Shown in pieces: positions 1 to 11,790 of a stretch of DNA of 64,000 bases. The DNA comes from Anthoceros angustus (taxonomy: Eukaryota > Plantae > Anthocerotophyta). Made by a program: the position numbers and the translations under genes. Location of the stretch: the NCBI GenBank assembly GCA_010909165.1, contig MU008178.1, forward strand, positions 694,369-758,368, written 5' to 3'. The stretch's first letter is position 1, and each line of letters begins with the position of its first letter. Under the pieces are notes generated by a model, which did no database searches, was not told the DNA's origin, and saw only the letters and a program-made list of their open reading frames with translations.

Positions 1-2139
1 AAGAGAAAACGGGCAAATCGTTGATGACGGGCGAGAACTCGAGCGCAGTGTGCCATCCAGACTACAACACCCAAAGCGTCCTCCTCGTCTCTTGGATGTG
101 GAGAATGCCATGCTGGAGAACGACAACTTCGAGGACCCCGACAACGCCCTCCTCAGAAACGTTGATGTTGTGTTCGATAGCGTATCTGGGCAATGCCCAC
201 CCGAGACTCAAGCTGCTGGCGAAGATTTTGGTAGTTAGGTTATTGGAAATTTACGTTCTGTTGCGTGTCCAGCTTAGAAACCTTTTACAGGGCGCCGGCA
301 TGCCGGCGCCCGCAAACATTCCCTTTAATCTTTTATTGCTTTTTAGTGCTATGTATTGCTTTTCAAGTAGGTGTGAAATCACGACAAGCCCCGTCTCAAT
401 ATCACCGCTAAGACGATTGGGGCCTTCGCATACTACGACCATAACCGTGCACTTGATGTGAAAAGTAGGATGCCGTAGGGAAGGGAGGAATGAACCATCA
501 CCAAGAAAATTAAAACGCCAAAATCGTGGAATTCAAAGGCTCACCATGTTTTCCAGCAGGTTGGTTTTTTTTGCGACGGCTTTGTATCTGTACCGCTTCA
601 AATATTATCGCACATGCACCACCATCTATGAGTGCAATCGCGTTCCTTCCACAATTTGTGAGTGCGACGTGCCCTTTTGCATCTTCCAGCTCACCATATT
701 TTGCAGATCCCTCTTTCATGGGTCGTTCAACTGTCAAAAACTTGGCGGGCATTTTCCGATTCACCAAATTTTGCATACATGTCCACGGTGGTGCCCACCA
801 CTACATTCTCCAGAGGCCGAGCCTTTGCTGTACCCATAAGGGCATTCCATGTCACCATATCACGACAAAGCAAGCAAGACTACAAGAAAGGTTAGGGAAT
901 CACCACTAGTTGTCCATCATAGTGAAGACTAAACCAGAGGTTCTTTGAAATCAAGACGGTCATCCCCACTTGCCAATTAAGACGATCCATGTAACGAGGG
1001 GTCGTTCAATATCCATCATAGCATATGATGGGTAACCGAGAGAAAGAACAGTGATTCTTGAATCAAGAAAGCGATTATCCCCACTCGCCAAGACCACATC
1101 CATGGTGCTCCCATTCCTCCTCCATAAGATGATCCGGTGGCGTAGGGGCGCGTCGTTCTCTGACTCTCCAGAGTGTCCAAAATTTGTCGACTTATTCTCC
1201 AAAACACGGAAGGAGGATTCGCAAACTCCTCTCGAGGTACTTAGCGCCAATTTGAGTAGGCGGGACAACTTCCCTACATCGGCGGGAACCCCAAGCCGAG
1301 ATGGCGCCACTTGTTCGCATGGCGGACGGGAGACTTGTATCACAACCATCTTGTGAAGCAAGCGGTGGCTATGTCCTCACCTTGTTTACTATGTGTCCTC
1401 AACAATGGTCCGAAGGCTGCGGTGGTTTTCCGAGGACAAAGGCCCGAGTACACCGGCCGTGCACAAGAAGCCGTGAAAGGTGGAACCCGGCCTACGGCTC
1501 CCGCTTGGAGTGCGGCTCTTGGAACAAAGGCGGTGTCCGCAGAGAAATCATCAACGTCTTTGTCTTCTTTACTCTTTCCAGGGACTCGCCGAGGCAAACG
1601 GCCAAGATCGGATACCACACTCAAAGAAAAGAGATTGATTTGTGGCCCAATTCTAGTGCGGTCATCACCGCTACCAAGAAGCCGGAAGAGGTCGATCATC
1701 GAAATTGGCGCGGCAACTACGTCATCGCAACAATCGGTCATGCGTTGGTATGTCGTAAACCCTTAAACCACGAACCCGTTGCCTCCCAACGGAACCCCAA
1801 CGGAAGTCCAACGGTGGAGGATGTGCAATTTGAAGAAGGACGCGTGCGGTGGCAAGAGCCTACTAACTATCTCGGATGTCGGTACCCATGTCGCATTAAT
1901 ATGCATCGAGTTCAAGTCCGGTTGCCTTGGATGCATTCGATGAAAGTGATCGGTAGCGAGGAGGATTCGCGGTAGTCGTGGTGACGGGCGGGCGATCGGT
2001 ATAGCGTGGGAAATGGACCATGGTATCACGCTTTGCAACATTGATGATTTCCGACATGCAAGGATCCGCATCGAGTAGAACCCCAACCCAACAGTGACCT
2101 AGCATGTTTTAAGAAAAACTAAAAATATTTTTGAACACC

Positions 2140-2765
2140 AACCTATATCAACTATCTATCTATCCTCCCATCGTCTCTCCCCTCTTTACCTCTTTCGCAT
2201 TGTACCCTTCCTTGCCCCGCATAACATGTCTATTACTCCAACTCTACTATGTAACTCATTGGTCATCATCCGCTCATACTATCGTCATCTTCATCATCCT
2301 CACTCATGCTATCCCCGACTAGAAGCCTCACGTTGTACTATGCGTCTTCCACTAGAAGCCTCACGTTGTACTATGCGTCTTCCACGTACGTTTGTACTCA
2401 CCATAATTATAATTAAATAAGTGAAATATTTAAGACTTGGGATACTTTTTATACTTATAAGAAAAGCTTTAAAATATTTTTTCAACCTATCAATTACCTA
2501 TCTATCCTCCCACCCTCTCCACTCCTTATCCCTCTATCGCCTCCCACTCCTTATCCCTCTATCATCTCCCTTCCCCGCCTTCTCCTTTCCACATAACAAG
2601 TCTATTACTCCAACTCTACTATGTAACTCATTGGTCATTATCGCTCACGCTATCATTGTCTTCATCATCCTCACCTATGATATCCGCATCCTCATCATCT
2701 TGACTCATGTTATCCTCGTCTTGAGCCTCACCTTGTACTATGCGTCTTCCACGCTTGTACCCACC
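2140..2765. repeat. Imperfect direct duplication (~2140-2400 vs ~2495-2765) with an internal 33 bp tandem copy
   Basis: The block ataac(a/t)..gtctattactccaactctactatgtaactcattggtc occurs at ~2220 and ~2590. The string ctagaagcctcacgttgtactatgcgtcttcca occurs twice in tandem at ~2319-2385. Confidence 0.85.
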
Positions 2766-5690
2766 ACAATTTTCCATGCATTTTAGAATTCTCATACAAA
2801 AGACTTGCTCCACTTTCTCCGATACTAGTACAAATGGCTCATCCTCCAACTTATCATTGGATAACATGACATCGTTAACCATGAACATACGAGATGTATC
2901 TGTTTTGATGGTCAGTGCTCTTTGTTCCATTGAGCCTTGAACCATCTCACCTTCAACACATTTACTTTTTAGACGGCCCTAAGTCCACCTCCAAAATCTT
3001 TTCCACCTTTCCAAAGATAGGGAAAATCTGCTATAATAGGTTCGGTGTCCCGATGTGAAACACATGCTGGCTATATAGATGTTTTATAATGCTATCACAT
3101 GTATTCTTTCCCCTATCGCATCTATAGTCCTTATATGATTTCCATATGCCCACATCATTTTATATGATCGCACACGAGGAGGTCCTCGCACAATTGCGTC
3201 ACATCCAACCCATAGGTTTGTCGCATTTCCCTTTCTTCGCTACTTTAACTTCATCTATCAACCATTAAAAGGGCGTTGCTCGTCGTCTATACCGTCATAC
3301 ACTTTTCGCCATTTTTGAGTACAGCTGAGTTTTCCACTAACACTTTCCTCATCTGTTGCATTTCCACATCATTCGGTCATAATTTTGCCATTCCTTGCAA
3401 TAACACCCCACATTGGGTGACATCATCTTGATTTCCACACTCTTGGTGCCTCTTCATGTGTATTTCCAAGAACTCGAGCTATAAAACATTATCTCTTGTG
3501 CTAAGTATCCTAAAGCCATGCTACCTTCGGTCGGGCTTTCACGAACAAGTCCCTTTAACACTTTTCATGTGCCTTTCTAAGAAATACATCCATCGATATC
3601 GAGTTGGTCCACATAATTCAACCTCCCGCACAAGATGAACAACAACATGTACTTGACTTGTCGGAAAAGTCGTTGGAAATTCCTCTCCAACACACACATG
3701 ATCTCCACACTTTTCACCTTCATAGCTGGAATTTCATCCTTCGCAATTTCTTTTGAACAAAGCCACGAATAGCTCGGCAAGATCACATATAGCCTTGTGA
3801 ACATCATGATGTATTAATCCTTTCAAGACAATTGGCCACAAATCCGTTAATGATGGTGATGATCATGAGACTTTAACCAGAAATTCCCTCTTCTCTCCCT
3901 TTAGAAAACAACGCTTCAAATTTGACCCATACCACCGTAGGAGTATGCTGCAAATCCTTGTTCTCAATTTTTCCTCTGCATTAGCATACATTCGCCTCTT
4001 TTTCGCCATGTCCAAGAACCCGGTCTTGGTGTCGTTATAAATGTCCGGTCCCACTGGTTCGAGTTTTTGTTACCTTGCACCCCATTTACAATGTTTTGGC
4101 CTCTTTGTCTCCTTCCAGCGATGGCCTCGCATGGGGCCACCAATCTTGTTTGGTATTTGAATACTCAAGATCTCTCGACTACCAAGGGAATCTTGATTCC
4201 CACATATGTGTGCCAAAATCATTGACTTACATTCTTTCCAATGTGCATGATATCAAATAAGTGTCGATCAACAATATCGCAACCACCAAATAGCATGACT
4301 AAAAGTTAACCTTCATGAATAGCTATTAGTCTACCTACCGATGCTACCAATAATATAATTAAAATATTCTTGAAAAGGGTAATACTTGCAAGACCCCATA
4401 TGCATGCATACATACCTCCCAAGATGGAAGCTCCCGAAAATTGAAGGCTCGTCGCTAGTAACACCCTGTCTTCACCATTGTCTTTTGCATATTTCCGGTT
4501 AAAGCTTTCGATCATAATATCCTCCGGAGTTGGTGCATAGTCCGGATGAATAATTTCCATCTCACCTTTCCATTGAATGAATCCGCTCTTCCACTCTAAA
4601 CTTGTGTTCCTCTGGTAAAATTTTCTAAAATTCTTATCATACGTCATTTGTTTGTGAACATTGACTTTCTTGCTTCTAATTTGTCCCAACATATCGGACA
4701 TGCCCGCTTCCCTTTTGTTTGCATTTTAGAAGTGAAAGAATATCCTGGATAATCATGCATCGTCCACAACAATAAGGCCTTCAATTTAAATTGTCTTTGA
4801 GCATTTCCAATAGCCATAGAAGCATCTTGCGACCACACCTTCCTCCCACGTACCTTCAACTCTTGATGAGTGGTTGAAAATATATATCCGCATCTTTGAC
4901 TTGCTTGGACCGTGAATAATCATTGACAACAATATATGCCCATTCTTGATAGATAACCAAGGAGGGTTATAATTGACAAGAAGCACAGCCATATAGAATA
5001 CCTAGAACTTTGGTGCCCAAAGGATTAATCCCATCCGTAGCAAGTCCTAATCGAATGTTGCGTCTCCTTAGCAAACTCGGATAAGTGTTGTCCACATGTT
5101 CCCATGCATAGCTATCCGATGGGACCCGCATAATCCCATCATTAGACTTATTTGTGGCGTGCCATGACATCATACTTGCTAGCTCCGGACATCTAAACAT
5201 TTGTTTCAATCTAGGAATCAATGGAAAATATCAAGTAGCTTAACTGTACACGCTGCTCTTCGTGTCAATTCGATACCTATGTTCCCACACATCTTGCGAA
5301 TAGCAATTGAAAACTACTGTGAACAACATACAATCATCTTGACAAGCATGTATGGATGTATATGTTAGGCCAAACCCCTTAAGCATCTTTTTAATTTCAG
5401 CCCTACTTTTTGGCAGCTTGTTGCCAACTGGGAGGCCTAATTTGCCTAGTAATGATAAAATTGAATTCAAAGATGCATCCGACCAGCCATGCCTCCTTTG
5501 GATGTTCAATAACAATAAAATGAATGCCAATAAACTTATCTCGGCTCCAACCCATAGAGGCGTAGTTGCTGCGGTGTGCATCGTCTTTAATGCCTCAGGC
5601 AAGGAATCGACCTGTTCTTTAGTCATTTCTGCGATGCCAGAAACCCCACCAAGTGCCTCCACCAACTCTATGGTCACTTGTTCGTCGGGA
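2628..5690 (-). mobile_element. CACTA (En/Spm) Tnp2 transposase remnant, frameshifted
   Basis: ORF fragments carry Tnp2-type motifs: WSDASLNSILSLL..LPKS..IHACQDDCMLF (5240-5677), IPRLKQMF..RNIRLGLATDGINP (4967-5221), MHDYPGY..TKGKRACPICW (4644-4859) and EPFVLVSEKVEQVF (2628-2945, DUF4216-like). There are many stops and frameshifts, and no terminal repeats were confirmed. Confidence 0.9.
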
Positions 5691-7094
5691 TGAATGTTGA
5701 CATGTTCTTCCCCTACTAGAAAGGGCAGCCTATGTTACAGTCATTGTTGCCATTTTATGTTACACTTCCACATTGCAACATCCTTTGGAGGCTTGGTATT
5801 AAGTTGGTCACTTTCTTTCCCATGTGGTGCCACCATCTTAACACGAACCTGGCTCTCTCTCCTACCACCTCACCTTCATAGTTACACCTCCTCTCTCACA
5901 AGCATTGTTTATGATTTCCCACATGCAATTGCAACATAACTTGTAACAAGGAGCTCCCTCTCTCTCCCCTATCATCCTCTCCTCTTTATTACACCCCTTT
6001 TGGAGAACTATTTGGTCATGTTTTACATTGCCCTCTTCATTACACCCTCTCTTGACAACTATTTATTTATGTCGCCCACACCAAAACATCACTGTAACAT
6101 GGACCAGCAACTCTCACACTTTCCTCCCACCTCATAACTTCACCATTACTTTATCAATGTTTTTACTTGACCCTATATAGCTATTCATGGGTTGAGGACT
6201 AATTTTTTTTTTTCAACCAGTCCTCCAATGATAATAAATGTGCACCCTTACATTGTGCACTTATATCCATGATAAAGTATAGGATATATATATAATTATA
6301 TGTAGATAAATATAGGGGATACGTATATGTAGATAAATATATATTATACTAATGTATTAGATATAACTATATATTATATTAATAATTTTAATTTATATTA
6401 AGGTATAAATTACTTTATCAATTGGCCCATCAATGCCCAACGTTAAATTCACTATTAGTGAGACCGAGATCAAACCCTAGTTCTAAGAACTATGCCTTGA
6501 CCAATCCACTATATTCTATTTATTTGGAGCATTAAGATCTCGGGATTTATTTGTAAGAAAACCCTAGATGTATTATTATTTGCCTATGTCTAGGTTCGTG
6601 GGTGCAGGGCTCACTCTGCGTTCGAAGGACAGATTTTCCCTCCTTCCTGCGGCCATACGGTGGGCACTCCGGTGATCCGGCTGGTTTTGCAGGCCACAAA
6701 TAAAGAACCGGATAGCGGTATCACCGAGGGGACCCTATCGCAGGCTGGCTGGTTTGGGCCATGGCTGGCAAGAGCAACAACAACAACTGCCTCGCTCCCC
6801 TCCCGCCCTCATTCTTAAGGCAGATGGAGCAAGACAAACCATCGACGATAATCCTCGAGGCAAGCATCGCCGGATTGGGCTTTCCCAACAGGAACAGACC
6901 CACCAGCTTGATGCCGAGGCCGAGTCATCGATGGAGCAACAGGAGCTGGCACTAGAACAGCGGCTGGGCTAGTCCAGAGAGGACGCTTGTGATAAATTGG
7001 TGGGCATCTCCAATGCACTCATGGATTCCCTCTCCACCCTCATCTCCTAGGAAGAAGGAGGAGGGGGGGAAGGAAAGGAAGAGGAGGAGGCCCT

Positions 7095-7500
7095 TTCCAT
7101 GCTGTGATTTTAGGCAAAGACCCGTTCCATGCTGTGATTTCCTATCTCAATTTTCAGCTGATACGTAACCAATGTGACATGACATTGGTGAAGGGATGTT
7201 GGCAGGGCAGGATCACGTGTACAACCGCAAGCAGATCTTGTACTTGCAGAGGGGAAGGCGATGGTAGAATGGTAGGGTCTCATATACATTTACAGTTGAA
7301 AGGTGAGGCCAAGACCCATTCCATGCTGTGATTTCCTATCTCAAATTTTCAGCTGATCCATAACCAGACTATGATGTGAAGTTAGGGAAGGCGATGGTAG
7401 AATGGTGGGGTCTCATGTACATGTACAGTTGCAAGGTGAGGCAAGACCCATTCCATGCTGTGATTTCCTATCTCAAAATTTTATTTGATGCGTAACTGTA
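7095..7500. repeat. Imperfect tandem repeat, core ttccatgctgtgattt x4
   Basis: Core at 7095, 7125, 7319 and 7451. Flanking gcgatggtagaatggt..ggtctcat is also repeated. Confidence 0.8.
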
Positions 7501-8519
7501 CTGTGATGTGACGTTAGAGAAGGCGATGCTAGCAGGGCGGGGTCTTAGGTGAATCGGGAGTGACAAGGCCGGTGCACGGCATTAGGGTGGTGAGTGTGGA
7601 CAGTGAAAACAATGCAGGGGGAGTGGAAGAGGCGAGTGGGAGAAGAAGGACATGTCGGGGTGGGCGGCGGCGTGCATGGTGGGGAAGGCAAAAGGCGTAA
7701 CGGACATGAGGCAATTGTTTAGGGGGAGAGAGAAGGAGGGAGGACTAGGGGGGGAACATTCAAGTGCGTTAAAAGGGCCGGGAGCGGTCTGATTCGTGGC
7801 GGGAGAACACACGTAATGGCGTGATGAGAGACATGGAGGCAAAAGAGGAGGCAGTTGATGAAATTCAAGGTGTGCCTTTTTAGGAGGCACCGGATAGAGA
7901 AAATAGGCTGGTGTGTTAGCAATTTGGGGTATAAAGATGTGTCGAGATTTGCACAAATGATAAATACAAAGTACCATATAATGAACATGTGCAGACCAGC
8001 ATACCTACATAACCCGTATGACGTACATATTTATTATATACAAAATATAATACAAACATATATCATTGAAAATATGGTATCATATATATCACCGTAAATT
8101 ATACACGTATAATACGAAGGATGTATTGATACAGGCATTTATGTGTGGTGGCATTGATGGGTGTATTAGTAGTAACTACTATGTAAAACGTGGTATTCCA
8201 TAGGGCAAAAGTAAAATTCTAGAGCAATGGTAGATGGGGAGGAGGTTAGGTACCAAGCCTAGAAAAGTGTTGTAAGATTTTTCTTGTAGCACTTTAGATG
8301 TTGCAATCTTGTTGCAATATTGAGAGAGGACAAAAGCACCTCTCACTTCATCTCAACATAATTGCAATACCCTTGCAACATGATTGCAACGAAAGCTCTG
8401 GTCTCGTTTTCAAGCCAAAATGTAACAAGGGGCCCAAAAAGTATTACATCACCCCAAAATTGCAACATGAGTGTTACATCAAGGGTCCAATGTTAACATA
8501 AAGTGTGACATAAGCAGGC

Positions 8520-8825
8520 ATTTCTAGTAGGGTATACTAGCCCTCGGCATCGGCATATTCCTAAGATATTCTATTGACATCAACATATGCCAAAAATATC
8601 CTAAGAATATACTATAATATGCAAGGAATGTGCTAAAGTATATTACTTGTGCTTATCCACTTGGCTATTGCTATCCATCTTCATTAATACTAATAAATGC
8701 TTAATTAACATAAGCAAGGTAGATTAAATAATACTAAATACTTACTTGAAGATAAGTACTTAGATTAATTAATGCTAATCAAACACAAAACCCAAGTGTA
8801 GAGATTAGTGTCACACGGCATGATA
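8520..8825 (-). mobile_element. Partial LTR, same family as the solo LTR at 32335-32905
   Basis: About 300 bp align by eye to 32615-32905 (tactagccct.ggca..ggcatattcctaagatat ... aaacccaagtg.agagat.agtgtcacacggcatga). It ends in TGATA versus TGACA in the other copy. Confidence 0.7.
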
Positions 8826-9980
8826 GCCCCTATCCGTTTCCTAATCAAGGATTTCTGCATTTTGGAGTCCTTCGTCACAGGCGTGGAGGAGGGTGCTTTT
8901 TTCCTGCAGGTGTCTCTTCGTTTGGCTAGTGGATCCCTACCCACAGAAGCTAGGGCTGCCATGCCTCCTTTTGCTTCGCTCCCCGAGGTCGGGTTTCGCG
9001 GGCTTCAAGTGTCCCTCCTGTAGAAGCAATATTGGCAGGCGCAATTGACTCTTCTTTGGAATTCGTCCATCCCCAGGACTACTCGAGCCCATCTCCACTC
9101 TTGCTCGGGGAAGGGAGTAGGTTCATGGCTTCTAGCTCGGCCTTGCATCTAGGCTTTCCGAATCGCACCAGCCTCTTTCTCTATTGTGATGAGGTTTCGC
9201 CTACGCTTGGTCCAGCCTCTAGCATGTTCTCTCCAGACTTGCAGTTGTGGGGCCCCCTCGACGACTCGGGGACCCACCTTGCTCGTTGTCTTGCTAGTGG
9301 GCAATGCATCGCTACGCATGATGGCGCTCGCGATGTCATGTTCTCGTTGGCCAAGGAGGGTGGCTTCTTTCCCTATAGGGAGCACCCTTATACTCTACCC
9401 AACGGGGTTTCTCTCAAGGCAGACCTATTTTTGATCGGGGGGACCAAGTTTCAATTGCATATGTGGTTGTAACTGACCCTACATACGATACCGTAAGTGA
9501 GCATGTGATCATCAACCCTCCGGGGTGGACGGCGGAGAGATGCACCATGGCGAAGGCCCATAAATACTTTCCTATGCAATAAGGGCATGCCTTCATCCCC
9601 CTAGCCATCGAGACCCACGGGGCCATGGGCAAGAACTTCTCTAGGTTCCTTAAGGCTTGTGCCAAGGAGTACCACAGTCGCAGGAATGGGGTTGGCCTCC
9701 CTCTTTCCTGTATTGTGGTTTCTTGAACAGGTGTCCATCGCCCTGCAGGCGTTAGTCAGCGCGATCACAGAGACGGCCGGGCGCGGGAGGCAACATCTTC
9801 GACACCAGAGGTAGGTAGGCCTTTTCCTATCCATGACTATGACATTCTTGGTGCGGTAGGTAGTTACAAGATCGGCGACACCAGGGGTTAGTCCCCCATA
9901 GTCTCGTGCCCTCTGAAGGGTTGTTCCCCCTTGTCACGGGGTAGATGGGTTTTCCCCACCTTTGTTTTACAATAAAGTCT
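8826..9980 (+). mobile_element. 3' fragment of an RLE-type (CRE-like) non-LTR retrotransposon, degenerate
   Basis: Across one frameshift it reads TCSCG..LDDSGTHLARC (CCHC knuckle), then THDGARD, KADL, KAHKY and FIPLAIETHGAMG. This is the motif order of restriction-like endonuclease domains. aataaa lies at ~9971. Confidence 0.7.
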
Positions 9981-10170
9981 TCATCCCCCTCTTTTCAATG
10001 TTCATCCTACAAGATAATTTGTATGGGTTAGTCTTTGTAGATAGTTACTTAGCTAAGAATTTATCTTAGAAGGAAGTCAGTCCCTATAATTCTACAAGAT
10101 AACATGCATGGGTTGGTCTCTATAATTAGTTCCCTAGCTAAGAGTGAGTCCTTGAGCGGCAAGACTTGTG

Positions 10171-10693
10171 TTAGAAGGAAGTGTGCATATAAGTTGCTAT
10201 GGTAAGAGACCTTGAGGTGTGAGACTTCTTTCGATATATTTTATCAAAGGGGTAAATTCTATAAACATGTTCACCCACATTTCCAGCATATAAGACAAGA
10301 GTTATTAATTCCCGAATGGCTTGACCCCACCAAAACACTAGAGGTTGCATTTTCACCCGTGTTGGGGAAGAGTCCTTTGAATGGCCCCTTCAAAAATACA
10401 GTTGACTCCGAAGGGGTTTCAAAATACCGTTGACTCCTTATGGAGCCCAAAGTAGACATCAAATGAAATCTTTCTTCAGATGGTCTCATGGTTGAGCTGA
10501 GGAATTTCATTGGTAGATAGGATAAAGTAGAGGTTCCCAATATTGTTAGAGTTTTGCAATCACTATATTGGAGTTTTCTGCTATAGGTACGATTTCCTCC
10601 CACTACCAACTTCCATAGGATACCTTTCTGTTCCAACCTTCTACCAACTTCCAGAGGACACCTTTTTTTTCCAACCTCCTGACTGATCTCCAC
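10171..10693 (-). mobile_element. Possible retrotransposon gag remnant (zinc knuckle)
   Basis: CLICWKCG followed across a frameshift by GEHVYRIYP resembles a gag CCHC knuckle. The rest is degenerate. Confidence 0.3.
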
Positions 10694-10905
10694 TATCTTA
10701 GGTACATCATCGCCCTATCCCTACCCCTTCTGACTGACCTCCACCATCTTATGTACACCATCGCCCTACCCCTACCCCTTCTAACCGACCTCCACCATCT
10801 TAGGTACACCATCGCCCTACCCCTACCCTTTGTGACTGAACCTCCACCATCGCCCTACCCCTACCCATTCTAACGGAACTCCACCATCTTAGGTACACCA
10901 TCACT
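10688..10905. repeat. ~51 bp tandem repeat, about 4 copies
   Basis: Unit ccaccatcttaggtacaccatcgccctacccctaccccttctgactgacct at ~10688, 10741, 10792, a shortened copy at 10843 and a partial copy at 10881. Confidence 0.9.
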
Positions 10906-11790
10906 CTACATTATCACATTAAGGTGGAAATGCTTATTCTTCGAGCACTAAAAAGAGATGGCATAAGGTGGTACGAGGGAGAAGTCATTAAGCTGCTTGT
11001 TACTTTGTAACTGGTAAACAAACATTATTTTTCAAAGTAATATTCAACTAGGTAGTTACATCTTGTAGTAGTTATGAGTATTTTCCTAACCAGCTAGGAG
11101 TACCCCAGATCTTGGTGAGCTGAGAAACGGATCTGCGTGCATGGACATGAAAACTTGTTTCCTTACCGAACGTACAACCGCTGCCAAGCAATTTATCGCC
11201 TCGCTGAGGGTACCATCTGCCAAGTATTATGCCCCTCGCTGAAAGTACCATCTCCGCCAAGTATTTTGCCCGAAATCCATGCGGCCTTATCGACCAAACC
11301 TTTGAACCATAGTCATACCACAGGAGACCAGAGAAAAGGGAACAAGTAACGCGCTCATTAGAAACCATGTCCGCTTGGAACTGTTTTGAATAATGCATCG
11401 AAGAGTACAAGTAACGAGGTGACTCCCAACAGCGCGACATAACCCCGGATGCAGGCTAAAGCGCAACTGAATCTGCAAGTTTGTTCTCCTGACCAGCCAG
11501 TGGCTGACAAAATTTTGGATGCCGACAAGTCTGTTCCCCTGCCGTATCCTCCAATACACCAACTAGTCTCTTCCCCAATTAAGACTGAAGACGTAATCAG
11601 ACCTTCAGCACGACCCTCGGCCTGAGCCAGATGTGTCCTGCTGAACAGCGAGCACGTGAACCATCTTCCACGCGCCCTGACCAGTGAGTTCTGCAGAGAA
11701 TTAGGCTAAACCATGCGGCTTGTGACGTTAGTTGCGAGGCCGTTCACACTACTCTCAGAAGGTTGATATTCCACTACGTAGCATACTACC

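Noticed and set aside
1-2100. Several 100-220 aa ORFs, possibly the second CACTA gene
   Set aside because: The position fits a TnpA-like remnant, but I could not recognise any diagnostic motif.
6470-6570. Two AAACCCTAG telo-box-like motifs as a telomerase RNA template or interstitial telomere
   Set aside because: They are isolated single units with no array and no visible USE/TATA promoter.
6721-7018. GLGFPNR peptide resembling HLGFPNR in the LINE fragment
   Set aside because: The match is short and the surrounding sequence does not align; probably chance.
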